Shown: positions 1-12,929 of the stretch, piece after piece | Numbering within the stretch: the stretch's first letter is position 1 | Layout of the letters: every line of letters begins with the position of its first letter | Source: Lophium mytilinum | Lineage: Eukaryota | NCBI GenBank assembly: GCA_010093605.1 | Contig: MU004186.1 | Coordinates: 451,765 to 515,764, forward strand | Length of the DNA: 64,000 bases | Direction of reading: 5' to 3' | The notes under the pieces: model-generated | Told to the model about the DNA's origin: nothing | Database searches by the model: none | Seen by the model: the letters and a program-made list of their open reading frames with translations, nothing else | Position numbers and translations under genes: made by a program

Positions 1-2697
1 ACAAATGCTTTCCCCAGCTACCAAGCAGCTTTTCCGCTCTTTTTACGGCGGACATACGGTCAATCAGATCAAGTCAAAGGAATGCGAGCACGTGTCTGAG
101 CGCGTCGAGAGCTTCTTCGTCATTCAATGTGATGTTCAAGGAAAGGCCAATCTGCAGGAGAGCCTTCAATCTTTCGTTGAAGGCGACGTCATGGAAGGAG
201 GTAAGTTAACTTTGTGCTTGCAATCAAACAAAACATACTTGCTAATTACGAATAGATAATAAGTACAAGTGCGAGTCTTGTGGAGGCAGATTCGTCGATG
301 CTGTTAAGCGGTAAGTGTGCCCACCTATGTTTAAAAATGGTTTTGTGCTGATGATTTGCTTTTCAAGGACTTGCCTGAAAGACGTCCCCGATAACTTAAT
401 ATTCCACCTGAAGCGATTCGATTTTGATCTTATCGATATGCGGAGAACCAAGATCAACGATCACTTCGAATTTCCAACCGAGATCGATGTAAGCCTCTAC
501 AACGTGGACCATCTGAGCGATCCGGAGAAGCCCCGAAAAGAGGATATCTTCGAACTTGTTGGTGTTCTTGTCCACCAGGGCAACTCGGAGAATGGCCATT
601 ACTACTCCTTCATACGCGAACGACCTTCGGCATCTGGAAGCTCACAAAAGTGGCTCGACTTCAACGATCGCGAAGTGACAGATTTCGAACCTAACCAAAT
701 CGCGTATAATGCTTTTGGAGGGTTATATGACGAGCATTTCCAGAGACAGCAGAAACCGTTCAGCGCGTACATGCTCTTCTACCAACGAAAAGCGGCGATG
801 GATGCAGACCACGAGAAGTTCATTAGCAATTCTCTCTCTGGGCCTCCCAAAGTTCCGATTCCAGCCGAGCGCGAAATCTCCATTGCTCAAGATAACGAGG
901 GGTTCGTCCGCGAGTACTGCCTCTACGATCCCAATCACTCTCGTTTCGTTCGCCAAGTTCTGTATCAACTGCGCGATGTGAACAACGGCATATGCTCCGA
1001 GAATCACAGACAGGAAAAGCTAGCCCTGGGTATAACGATTCAGCACATAACTCAAATCATCGGCCGTCAGAGGGACATTTCCAATTTCGAAGAAATCATG
1101 ACGCAACTGCACAAAACCGTTCTAGTCTGCGCGACGTGCTGTAGAGTGGCGATTGACCAACTCTGCAGCAATGAGCACACGCTTGTCGGCCTTCTTCTAC
1201 GATGTACACACTCGAAGATCCGACAAGCGATCCGAACGTTCTTGCGACTATGTCTCTTCAAGATTCGCGAAGATGACTCGGTCATGTATGGCGTTGATTC
1301 TTCCGACGAAGACATGGAGCCTCTGTTGGCTGCCAACGAGAATGGTGCTCTAGCAGTTGTATCTCGGCAACTCGGGAATTTGAAACACAGCATGTGGATT
1401 GGTACGCGTGGCTGGGATGACTATTTTCGCCTGCTCGTCGAAATAGCCAGCAAAGGAACGCATGAAGCAGCAGCCCTCATGGAGAACGACATGCTCCTCT
1501 TCTGCTTCCGCGTATTCTGCATGCATGCTTCTCCTACATACAGAGCGGACGCCAATCTCTGGAAGTTGGTGGACAAGAAGAAGACAGTATTCAACCAGAT
1601 GATTGAGTTGGTCTATGTTTTGCTACAACGGATCGACTGGAATGCCGAGCCAGTGCATAACCACCGACAACGTTTGGCTGCCTTCAGCGGAGGCAAATTT
1701 CCATTCACAAGGAACGAGAGAAGCGCTCTTTTCACTTGGCATGACGACTACAAGATTTACGCCACGTTCGACATGATGATCGAGAAGTTTGATCCCTCAA
1801 AGTCTCAATGTTTCTGGCCCGGCGAGATCATAAAGCAGGCGCTGGAAATCAACAGCGCTAGCGTTCGCTCTCGACTCTCCCACACAATCAACGAGGGAAT
1901 CACCACAGTCACACCACCTGGCAACGAGGTTTACATACGCGCGGCCATTCAGTTCTGCGAAGCTTGCCATAACACAGCAGAAATAACTCATATCATCCAG
2001 AGCGTTACCGTAGACGCAGAGAAAGTCGTCGACAACAACGGCGAAGCTCGCTTGGCCTTCTTCACTCACTTGCCCAATCTAGAGAATCCCTACACACCCC
2101 CAACATTCTTTTACGAACAAGCAATCACTTTTGCAAAGAGATATGCCGTCGGTCTCCTTCTGTACGAGGACGAGTCTATACGGCGAAACGCACTCACGGT
2201 TCTCGAACACCTGTTCTTGGGGATCCCCATCACTGGGCCCGATGAGCGAGAACTCAAGTTCAAAAAGTTCCGATGCATGAGAGACGTACTCAAGGTACTC
2301 TGCAATCACATTATCGTGGATTACGACGCTGGCATGAACCGAAGTTACGTCCACTACATGTACCTTCTTGCTCGTTCCCTGGCTACGGCTGTTTCGGACT
2401 GGCAGCGCAACGAGGATGAGTGCTTCCTAGAGGCAGAGGACGACGCATTGAGTCGAACCTTCAATATAGGTAAAACCCCATGCTAATGCCATTCTATCTT
2501 ACAACATAGCTAACACTCGCTCAACAGTTGACCACCAGTTCCGCAACTGGCCACTTGAGGATGATACTCTCTCTGGTGGTAAATGCTCCCCACTCCCAGA
2601 CAATAGTATGTTACCAACATATGATATAGATGCCTACGACGACTCCCAGTATGAAGAGAACTCTTCAGAAGACGATCCGATTGACGTGGACCGCTGA
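1..2697 (+). CDS. Ubiquitin carboxyl-terminal hydrolase, USP34/USP9-24-like; 5' part lies outside the window; spliced
   Basis: USP motifs: DNKYKCESCGGRFVDAVKR (rebuilt across introns 201-255 and 311-367), LIFHLKRFDFD, His box GVLVHQGNSENGHYYSFI, WLDFND, SAYMLFY. A long helical C-terminal region follows. Two further short introns after 2469; acidic tail ends at TGA 2695-2697. Confidence 0.9.
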
Positions 2698-4078
2698 AGC
2701 GAATTCTACAACACATCACTTACTTCATCACTACAGAATTCTGCACAATTGCGATTGATGACTAAGTCATCTCTTTGAGTCCGATGGTGAACGACAAAAA
2801 CACACGAAAAGCTCATGCACAAGATGCACATGACCTTCCATGCCGGCGTTTTCTCAACGGGACAGGAATGCGATAGACGACTGAACTGACTACGGGATTG
2901 AACGGCCTTCTTTTTTGGAACGGGAAGTGGCTTGGCGTTTTGTTTGGTGTTTTTTGCTTCTTGCTTTTTGGCTATGAAACTCTTTTCCTTTCCCTCCCCA
3001 TTGTTTCCAACGAAGGGAGGAAATTCAGGGCTGAGAGAAAAATGGACAGTCGTTTCTGGCTTTGGCATAGCGGCGGCGAAGGGAACTTTTTCATTGCCTC
3101 TTTTCCTTCCATTCCATTCCACCACCCACACCCCGATTACTCTTCTTGTTTCTATTGGTTCTTTTGGGTTTTTCATAATCTTTTCATTGCTCGGGGCTCC
3201 CTCTGTGTGGCTTTCTTTGATTGCTTCATGGTTGTGACTTTTTTGCTGGGGGTCACCTGGGTTTTGATGATTCGGGCTTTTGATATTATGGTATGGAACG
3301 GCGGCCGTCGTGGAGGCCGACTGCCAGACGACAGGGTTCTGATTAGGAAGAACCATGAATCGGACGGGTTGGGACGGAGGATTAGGATAATTGCAAAATG
3401 GGGTTTGCGAAACACTCATGCTTGTCGAGGCAATTTTTGGTGATTTGTGTATGTGGATTTCATGGTCGCTTTCCCAGCGGCTTCGAAGATGTGGTAGGAC
3501 TCGGAATACCTTGGATGAACCCCTTCTGGCATCAATCCTTTCTACTTATAGAAGTCTACTACGCGATCAGGTAATGAGAATGTACTTATGTTGAACATTA
3601 CACCACTCCAGCTAATGCCCAACACTGAGACGAGCTCCAAAAAACAAAAGGTATCAAAATTCGCAATCAGATAGCAACATATCTACGCCCCTCAGGGCCT
3701 ACAACATCCAGTCCCCACACCTCCCAATCCTATAAACAACGCCCCGTAGAGCACGAAATTCGCGAAAAAAAGCCCCATCCCAATGCGAACCCAATAAACC
3801 GCCAGACTAATGCAGGAAACAACAACCCCCCCGGAGGAACCCCATCATCCTACCCAATGAAAAACTCATGCAATCGCTCCACCCCCCGAAAAAAACGCCC
3901 AAAGCGCAAAGCAAAGAATAATACAACCGAAAATCAAACGCCAGACATTCTTTCCTCGCCGCCCCCCCCCATGTCAAAAGCAGAGGTCGTTACATCGTAC
4001 TCGTGAATCCAACACAGCCACCATTTTCGCATTTGGCGGGGAAAAAATACTACGCAATGGGGAAATGCAGCGACTAAA

Positions 4079-6667
4079 TCAAGCATACCGCACACTACTC
4101 TGCCTCGCGAACCCCGACGGCGGCGGTGGCATGGGGATATCCCCCGCGCCGCCCAGATCTCTCCTGCCGCCTTGGTAGAACGGCGGCGGGGGGATGTTGT
4201 ACTCGCGCTGCGCCATGTTGTAGCCATTGTAGCCCGGCTGCTGCCCCACCAGCGGGCCCTGGCTCCCATTCGGGCTATCCGACGGCAGCGACCGATGGCC
4301 GCGATGCGAGCCACCACCACTGCGCGGGCCGTTGCGCGGCCGCCCCCCACCAGCACCAGCAACACCTGGCGGCGGCGGCGGGGCGCCGTACGGCGCAAAC
4401 TGGCGGTTTGCGTAGATCTTGCGCTGGTGGCGGCGCTTGAAGCAGCGGTAGATGCAGGCGAGGATGGAGAGCAGGAGGAGGCCGCCGACGGCGGCCGCGA
4501 CGCCGATGACGATGGCCTTGTGGTCGTCGATCCAGGACTTCACTTCCTTGCCGAAGGAGGAGCCCGCGCAGCGGCCGTTGGCGCATTTGCCGCCGCCGCC
4601 GCAGGGCGTGCCGTCGAGGAAGTTCTGCTGCAGGCCGTAGCAGACGCCGGAGCCGAACTCCGGGGAAGCGCAGCTGAGTTGGCAGTTGTTGGAGTCGCAG
4701 GCGTACGTGTCGTTGCCTTGGGTGTAGCTGCCCATGACGGTTTTGCATTGTTGGTCGCGGCTGGTGCATTGGCCGCTGGCGCACTTGAGCCCGCCAGAGC
4801 CACAGCTCGAGCCGTCCGGTTTGGTTTGGTCTGCAGGGCAGTAGGGGGAGGTGCCGGTGCAGGTCTCCTGAGGATCGCAGTCGCCGGAGGAAACGCGGCA
4901 GACGGTGGCGTTCGAGGCCAATTGGCAGCTTTTGCAGCAGTCTTCGTTGGAGTCATCACACACGGCGCCGGACTTGAATTTGCAGGTTTTGGCATCGCAG
5001 CAGGCGTTGTCGCCGCAGCCTGACTCTCCGCCGCAGTCGCATTCCTCGCCCTCTTCGACGATGCCATTACCGCACTGCTGACCGGAAATAGTGGTGACGC
5101 CCTTGTTGTTGGTAAGGCATGTTGTTTTGACACTGTTGCGGAACATAGCCGAGCAAATGTTTCCAATCGAACAAGGAGAGAATTTAGTGATGCCTTGGCC
5201 GGTGGAGGGGTTCATGATGTACTGTTCGCCTGCGTCACAGGTGCTGGAGCTGAGAGGACAGCATTGTTGCGCCTTGACTGTCGTTCCGTCGGCGCAGGTT
5301 GTAGATGTGCAATCGTGGACTGCACCGAATGTGTGGCCAGTTTCATGACTATTCAAGTTAGCTCTGCTGGATTTGCAGCACATGCAATATGTGATAACTT
5401 ACGCAATGACCTGCCACTCCGTCGATGTTCTCACAACTACGTTTGCACCAGCTACGTTCTCTTGGCCACCGTCCGATGAATTGGAACTTTGAGATCCCGT
5501 AACGCAAGCCTGGCCCAGCCACGCCAAGCCAACCGCAGATCCCGTGTTGCAGGTGCTCAACAGGGTCCAATGCGAATTTGAATCCTGCTGCTGCCCTCTC
5601 CACGCCGAGAATAGATTTAGTCGTGCCTGAATGTCGACAGAATCAGAGCAAGCCTGGTTCCAAGGCATGGCTGCTGCGGGAGTGCCTGGACATTGAGCCT
5701 CGGTAACGGTGAGATTCGCCAAGCCGAGCGAGATGTTGAAGGTGCTTTCATATAAGCTGGAGGCCGAGTTCATCTGAGTAATCACATTCTGGCGGGCGGT
5801 CTCGGTGTTGTTGAAAGATGCGGCATAAGTACAATCTGTAGCGACACCAACGAGGGCGACCTTGCGGGTAGTGGGACAACCTTGCGTATCGCCGATGGTA
5901 GACACGAGATTCACACCGGCGGAATTTCCTCCTCCTGACGGGTTATCCAGCTGTCGTTTTCCGAAAAGCGACGAGATAGGAGCAGCCCAAAAGTCGTCCT
6001 CACGTTTCCGCATGCCGGCATACACTGGGTGGTCCGGCATCAGGTTGAATTCCAGGTTGTCCGACCGACAGGCGTATTTTGACTCGGTATCACGCTTCAG
6101 TTCAGCGTGGTCCTGGACACTCATGATATCCGAGTCCCTGAACACAACCATGTAATCATCAGCCTTCCCGCCCAATTCCGGGTCCTGCACATTCCGTGTA
6201 GCCTTGTAGTTCGAGCTGAGTTGGATGTGGTGATGATCGTGATGTACGGTAAAGGCTCCCTCAAACAACGGGTCCAGTCCATCTCTTCTTATTACAATCC
6301 GCGCCCATCCGACGTTTGTCCATGCTCCGCCCCCCCTCTTCAGCCAAGCAGTGCCCTTGAAGACCTTATGCGCCAACCGGTCTATCGGTTCTGTCTTGGT
6401 GACGATTCCATCTTTTCCTACATACGATACCGTAGCACCGTCGGCGATAATGTCATGATTTGGTTCGAGGCTGAGGCGCACGCGGCTGCCGGCAAGGTCG
6501 AAGGCGAGGTCAAAGGAGGAGATAGCGGTTACGCGATGATTCTGTGTCAATATTGACGGGTCTTTTGCAATAGCGAGGGTTTTGAGAGGATTTCTGGCGG
6601 TGGAGCTCCCGGAAACAAGGTCGGTGCAGGTGAGGAGCAGAGCGGCAAAGGCAGCGCGAAGGAGCAT
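4079..6667 (-). CDS. Fungal ADAM family metalloprotease (reprolysin + disintegrin + Cys-rich + TM)
   Basis: Signal peptide MLLRAAFAALLL (ATG 6667); zinc motif HETGHTFGAVHD directly after intron 5349-5402; disintegrin CGNGIVEEGEECDCG; C-terminal TM helix followed by a Pro/Gly tail. Confidence 0.93.
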
Positions 6668-7157
6668 AACGGAGAGATCTCCCAGGCGCCGGGACCAGGA
6701 AATGGGTAGAAAGAGGTTTGTTACCAGCGGAGAAGAACAGCGAGAGACATAGGCGGGGTATAGGAAGCAGCGAACGAGAGGGAAAAACGTGCAAACAGGC
6801 GGTAAGGTGGGTAGTGCACAGTCACGGGCTGGGATAAAGAGTGAGAGGTTGGAGTCGTCAGCATAGCCCCCCATGATTCGCGGCGCTAGGGTGGAGTAAA
6901 CTGGCTGCGTCTAGTCCCTTCACAACGGCGTAGTCTGGGGTGGCCTGGCAACAGCAGAAGATTCACACAGTCGATATGACCCATTGAAACGTCGCAGAAC
7001 GTGTTTTGGTACTCTGAAAGTGCCAGTCAAAGAGGATGACACAATATAAGCAGCTTTAAGTAGGCGACATTCACAGCAAAGATCCATGGCTTTCGATCTC
7101 TGTGTGCCAAGGAGGGTAGACTTTGTACCTCAGGGTCGCAGTATAACCAGTCCCAGG

Positions 7158-7396
7158 CACAGTGGGCGAAGTCCGTGATGTCGGTCAAGGCACCAAGGCA
7201 GAAACTACTCATCGACCAAAAATCATCAAAGAGCGCTCGAAATTATCAGAAAAAAGTAGTGCATGCAACAAAAGCAGGCTCCCCGAGCACATCTAGCTAC
7301 CTTTCCTTGAGTATTTGACGTTGGTTGCTCTGTTGTGGAGGTGGAAACTCTTGATGCCTTGTTGCCTGACCGACATCACAGACTTCGCCCACTGTG
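7158..7396. mobile_element. 239-bp MITE-like element with ~43-bp imperfect TIRs beginning CACAGTG and a 4-bp direct repeat CAGG on both sides
   Basis: Left end CACAGTGGGCGAAGTCCGTGATGTCGGTCAAGGCACCAAGGCA; reverse complement of right end CACAGTGGGCGAAGTCTGTGATGTCGGTCA-GGCAACAAGGCA. CAGG at 7154-7157 and 7397-7400. No coding capacity. Confidence 0.72.
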
Positions 7397-7770
7397 CAGG
7401 GGACTTCTTGGCCTCGAGCGTTGGCGAAGAAACGGCTCCTGGGCAAGCAATACCAAGAACGCTCAAACACCTTTCAAACCCGTCAAGCGTCTCGCATCGC
7501 AAATCACAGCATCGCCATTCTGCTTAGGTTAAGAATCTTTGAATTATTCCTATCTGACGCTCCATATCCAGCATGAGTAACTTGAGGTATAGAAATCCTG
7601 AAAATTGAAGATGTCCAAATAAGGCTGTGCCTTTCAGCTTCGCCACTCTGCCTCCTGCTCAGCTGTCAAAAATACATGTCTTAGCTCAGCCTGTTTCATT
7701 CATCGCCCGCCTTACACAGGAACCGAGTCATTGTCGATATTCCAGTTGTCATATTTTCTGTCTCCTAACT

Positions 7771-10200
7771 TCACTTCTTTTTCGATTGGTGCACGACATC
7801 GATGATCGTGTTGACAACCGATGGATCCGAGAGCTACAATTATTATTAGCCTTGGCTTTCGTCACCTCAACCGGCACAACTTACTGTCGAAGTATCTCCA
7901 AGCTGGTCCTCCTCGCCGGCGAGAATCTTCCTCAGGATTCGCCGCATGATCTTGCCGGATCGGGTCTTGGGTAGATCGGGAACGACAAAGATGGCCTTAG
8001 GCGCCGCAAACGGCCCGATGGACTTTCGTACTTGCAGGATGAGGTCTTTCTTGACCTGATCACTGGCCTCGTTTCCGTCTTTTAGCGCGACGAAGGCATT
8101 GACAGCTTGCCCGGTAAGTTCGTCGTGGATACCGACAACGGCGGCCTCGGCAACCGAGTCTATTACAGTCAACACGAAAGCCCACTTGCTAGGAGAGAAA
8201 GGTACTTACGGTGCTCGATTAGCGCAGCCTCAATTTCAGCAGTTGATAGTCTGTGGCCAGAGACGTTGACGACGTCGTCGACGCGACCGCGGATCCAGTA
8301 GTATCCCTCGTGGTCACGACCAGCACCGTCACCAGTGAACTGAAATCGAGTTAGCACAAGTCCATCCCTTAACGTCAGTTGTACTTACGTAGTATCCCTT
8401 GTATACGTTCAGGTATGTGTCCATATACCTCTTGTGCGCACCCCAGACTGTCCTTGCCATACTCGGCCATGGCTGCTTGAAGGCCAACACACCCTCGACG
8501 TCATTGCCGTGGATCTCCTCGCCGGAAACGGGGTCAATGATCGCAGGCTCGATGCCGAAGAAAGGTAGGGAAGCAGAGCCAGGCTTCGTAGGTGTGACAC
8601 CACCCAAAGGCGTGATAACGTGAGAGCCGGTCTCTGTTTGCCAGTAGGTCTGTTCCAAATGTCAGATAATGTTACAAAACAACCACATCAAGCTCGGCAC
8701 GTCGGGGCAGAATTTAGAGAACAACTTACATCAACAATGTGTGCTTCCTCCTTCCCGACAATCTCGAAGTACCACTTCCATACCTCCGCTGCAATTGGCT
8801 CGCCCACACTGCCCAATATCCTTAGGCTCTTCATCTGGGCTGTAACATGCTGATCGCCCGCGCGCTTCAGCAGCCGTAGCGCAGTCGGTGCAACGTAGAA
8901 TTGGGTGACGTTGTGTTTCGCGACAACGTCCCAGTAGCGGCTGAAGTTGGGGTATGCGGGTGTGCCCTCGAAGACCACGGTTGCTACACCCAGCAGCAAC
9001 GGCGCGTACACGACGTACGTGTGACCAGTGATCCAGCCGACGTCACCACCACAGAAGAAGACGTCTTTGTCATGGATGTCGAAGACGTACTTTCCAGTTG
9101 AGGCGGCACCGAGGAGATATCCACCGGTTGTGTGCATGACACCCTTGGGCTTGCCAGTGGAGCCGGAGGTGTAGAGAAGGAATAGCGGGTCTTCCGAGGA
9201 CATGCTCTCGGGGGCAATGTACGAGGGGTACTTTTCAGTCTCCTCGTGCCACCACCAATCCCGGCCCTTGGTCCAGGGCACATCGGCCCCTGTGCGCTTG
9301 TACACCAGGCAGTGGGTGATATCCGGGCACTGCTTCAGGGCCTCGTCGACGATCTTCTTGGTGCCAATGACCTTGCCACCACGCTTGCCCTCGTCGGTAG
9401 TAATGACCACCTTGCTCTTGGCATCGATGATGCGGTCGCGTAGGGAGTCTGAGGAGAAGCCGGCGAAGACAACTGAGTGGACAGCGCCAATGCGCGAGCA
9501 GGCGAGGAAGGAGACGACGGCTTCGGGAATCATGGGCATGTAGAGGGCAACAGTGTCACCCTTCTTGACACCCATCTCCTTCAGCACGTAGGCCAGCTTG
9601 GAGACTTCGCGGAGAAGTTCGCCATAGCTGATAGTCCGGCCATCCCCGGCCTCGTCGGCCTCATAGATGATAGCCGGCTTGTCGGGGTCCTTGAAGGCGT
9701 GGCGGTCCACGCAGTTGTACGACGCATTCAGCTTGCCCTCGAGGAACCACGCACTGTCGCCATTGGCGAAGCTGCCACTATGTACGGTCTGGAAGTCGCG
9801 CTCCCAGGTGAGGAGCTCGCGCGCAAGGCGGCCCCAGAACTTCTCGGGCTCTTGGATGGATTCCTTGTAGAGCTGTTGGTAGTGCTCGAGGCCGTCCAGA
9901 TGCGGCTTTGTGTGGGGGTGCTTGCTGTAGGGTGATTAGCGGACATGCTTCTGCTTTCTGATGACTGCTGATCTGGTGACGATGATTTTCTCTGGGCGAG
10001 GCGGGGCGCCGTCTGCTTCGAGGCCTGTGAGGGGCCCGGACCCTGCCCCGCTCGCCCGTCATTCCACCTCGCGTGCCAGAACTCAATCGGAACGTGCGGG
10101 AGACTCACTCGAAGAAGGCCTTGGGGACGTGGTAGGTGTCGACTTCGTGCGCCTCTGCAACCACGGGGTTGGAGGGCGGCTTCGACGCGCCTTCAGACAT
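7771..10200 (-). CDS. facA: Acetyl-CoA synthetase (AMP-forming), 5 introns
   Basis: Starts [29 protein letters not shown]-binding [45 protein letters not shown] with the regulatory Lys; last exon [20 protein letters not shown]. Confidence 0.96.
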
Positions 10201-11529
10201 GGCGGCGGTTCTGCGGCGGCGATGGAGGGGTAGTTTGGTGAGGCGCTAGGGCGACTGGGGGAGATGGTGGGGTATGCGACTCGGTGTTTGCAAGATTTCA
10301 CAGCTCCTCAGTGTCCGTCGCAGCGCGGGCAGGCTGGCTAGTTATAGGGTAGAGCTCCAATTTCGGGTAAAGGGGAGACTGAACCGGCGCGGAGCTTCCA
10401 GCTGCAGTCGACGGCAACGGCAGGGGAAAGTCGGCGGGGAAAGAGAGCTCCAGGCAGGGGGTAGCTATGTAGCTATGTGCAGTCGCAGCCGGGTAGTTGG
10501 GCAGGAGGTTCTTGGGCACAGTTGTTCAATTCGGCGCAGAGAAGTGAGGAGGAGCGAACAAAGATGGCCGCAGCTGTGGGGAGCTGTGGCAGCCTTATGT
10601 CGATAGCAATGCCCGCGGCTCATGCCACTGCGGGGAGAAGGATGACGAAAAGGAATGTCCAGCTGGTCCCTTTGTCTGGCCCACAACGCCGCCGTGACCG
10701 AAGCCGCTCCCTTTGGCCGGGAGTCACCCACCACGCTGGATCCGCCCCGCGGCTGCGAACTGGAGGCGCTGGCCGAGACAGTGGCTGCCAGCCTGTCCGC
10801 GGTGGTGTGTTCCGCGTTACACAAACGGCTACCAGATCATAAGGTATCCTCCGTCGTCGTGGTGCTGTCTCTGTGGTCGCTGTGGTCACTGAAGGGTGCT
10901 ACACGAGGCTGCAGCCCTGTCGGGGATGGCAGAGTGGCAGAGCCTGTAGCTAGGTTTCCGGAATTGCAGGACCCTTGATTCCCCGCTCTCCACCTTTTCG
11001 CTCCAGGAAACACTTCGACTCCACGCCTCATAGAAAGATCACGATATCCCCCAGGACACGCGACGCGGCCTGCTCCCGGACAGCCCACGCCAGGTCTAGC
11101 GAAGCAACCACGCGAGAGCATGCAGGCATCAAGCCCTGGGCGGGTGCTGCAGCGGAAACGGCTTCGGACTTGGGGAAGCTATCCACCAGGAACGATCCGA
11201 GGGGACGCTTCTTGATAGCCGACAGTCGCAGCGCGAATTCCGGCCCTGTGCCTAGATCCACGCTGCTGGAATCCTGAGGGTAAAGTAGGGAGCGACTGTT
11301 CGCAGTCATCCCGGTTTCAATCTCGCAGCCGGAACCCCATCTTTGAAGCCGTGAACACCTCGATGCTGTACCTCAGCTCCTCGACGTGACGCGATGCGGG
11401 GTTCATTTAGTGCAACCACGAATGTTGCACCTCGATCACGCGCCGCACCGCCGGGCAGCCTCTTCCGTCAATTCTGTATGTATCTCTTTTCTGGGCGCCC
11501 AGAGGGTGGTACGATCTTTGACGCCTCTA

Positions 11530-11764
11530 CGAAGGAGTTCGTTTTTTTTGATGCACCACCTAACGAACATCGATAACTTTAACACCTGCGCGCAATTCCA
11601 CCACAACTCAAAACTGTTTCTAGTCTAGCGGCCCTGGTACAGTTTTAAACGCTTAAGAAATCGCACTCTTTTGATTGTGTTAATTGGGGCGGTTGTAGTT
11701 GTTGTCAGCTGTTAAAGCTACTGTGGGGTTTTCGCTTGTGCATCAAAAAAAACGAACTCCTTCG
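11530..11764. mobile_element. 235-bp Tc1/mariner-type MITE with perfect 27-bp TIRs and TA target-site duplication
   Basis: TA|CGAAGGAGTTCGTTTTTTTTGATGCAC (11530-11556) ... GTGCATCAAAAAAAACGAACTCCTTCG|TA (11738-11764). Additional subterminal inverted match TAACTTTAACACCTG / CAGCTGTTAAAGCTA. Confidence 0.85.
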
Positions 11765-12929
11765 TACGACTTTCAGAGTCTCACACATCCGATGCCCGAG
11801 ATGTGCAGCGTCTGAGCCCTTTCTGCCTTGGAAAGATGCCGGCCTGAGATTACCCCTTGTGGGATCAGGCTTACTATCTTTGGATCCTATGCCATAACGG
11901 CATCTGATAGTGAATATCAACCCGCTGCTAGTCACTTGTAGGGCTGAAACGTGCCGATCTCGGGGTCTTGCTGTAGCCAACCACCTCAACAAGAATACTA
12001 AGGATATGGGGGACGACGCTTTTTTTGGAAGATACTACTATTACCCTACAATAGCTTGTCTAAGAGCTCGTAAACCAGACCATTCTGCAACAGAGTTTCA
12101 CGTGCCTTCTCTAGGTTGAAGCACTCCCGAGCCTTTAGTCTCCTCTCCAATTCTATACCATGGCATTGCGCCTAATTCACGATGCACAGCTTCATCATGT
12201 GATTCTAGACTCAAATCGCACGCTCTCTGTTACCAGCAGCAAAGCAAAAAATCTCAACTAGCCGAAGCCACTCCACCAACACCCCGAGAGATCAATACCT
12301 TGACTTCGCCAAGACTTACCGGCATTCGTTCTCTCATTAACGCCTACCTTCTTCGTGCCCACTTCCTCCTTTCTTTCTTCCAAAATGCCAAAAGCTCAAT
12401 CGAAGTCACTCGACGCCGCGTTCGACCCACCGCCCTTCCCGTTGAGCCAAGAGAGGCGGTGTAGCATCGCTGCCTAGAGTTAACGCAAAGAAACCACCCA
12501 CCGAGCAAAAGGAAAGGATCCCCAAAGGGACGTTCAAGTGATTGCCGAAGCAAGATTTGATAATTGGCCACTTTCCTGAAATGCGTTCCCAATAATTTGG
12601 TACTGATACCTACTGCCTGGAAACCACGGAGCTCTTGAGCACCTAGAAAGCCTGCCACTTGACAACCAATAAGATGCTTCGCATTTCAACATAGCAAATC
12701 ACGGGATCGCGAATTGATGATAGGACAGAGATGCGATTAACAACAAGTCCGTCACTCTATGAAGTACTCCACTTCGAGCTGCGCTCTTATAAGCATGCCA
12801 AAGAATCCTGATACCATCCATACACGCCCTAAAGCCCATAAAAACCGCCCCCGCTCGTAAATTACAAGTCGTATACACGAATCCGCCATAACCAACCGAA
12901 ACACCGCGCGCCTTTTGAATCGGCCTAGC

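Noticed and set aside
2706..3443. 237-aa and 181-aa ORFs after the USP gene
   Set aside because: T-rich low-complexity 3' UTR/intergenic sequence with no motifs.
4126..5166. Long antisense and alternate-frame ORFs over the ADAM gene (similar ones over ERG1, sulfite oxidase and Acinus)
   Set aside because: By-products of high GC3 codon bias in the real genes.
7158..7200. Full V(D)J-type recombination signal sequence
   Set aside because: Only the heptamer matches. There is no ACAAAAACC-like nonamer at 12- or 23-bp spacing on either end.
7760..7790. Cryptic peroxisomal targeting of acetyl-CoA synthetase by readthrough or alternative splicing
   Set aside because: The stop context is TGA AGT rather than TGA CTA, and the alternative joins I tried do not end in an SKL-like tripeptide.
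10300..11400. CreA/FacB sites in the facA promoter and sterol elements upstream of ERG1
   Set aside because: Short degenerate matches exist but cannot be distinguished from chance in GC-rich sequence.
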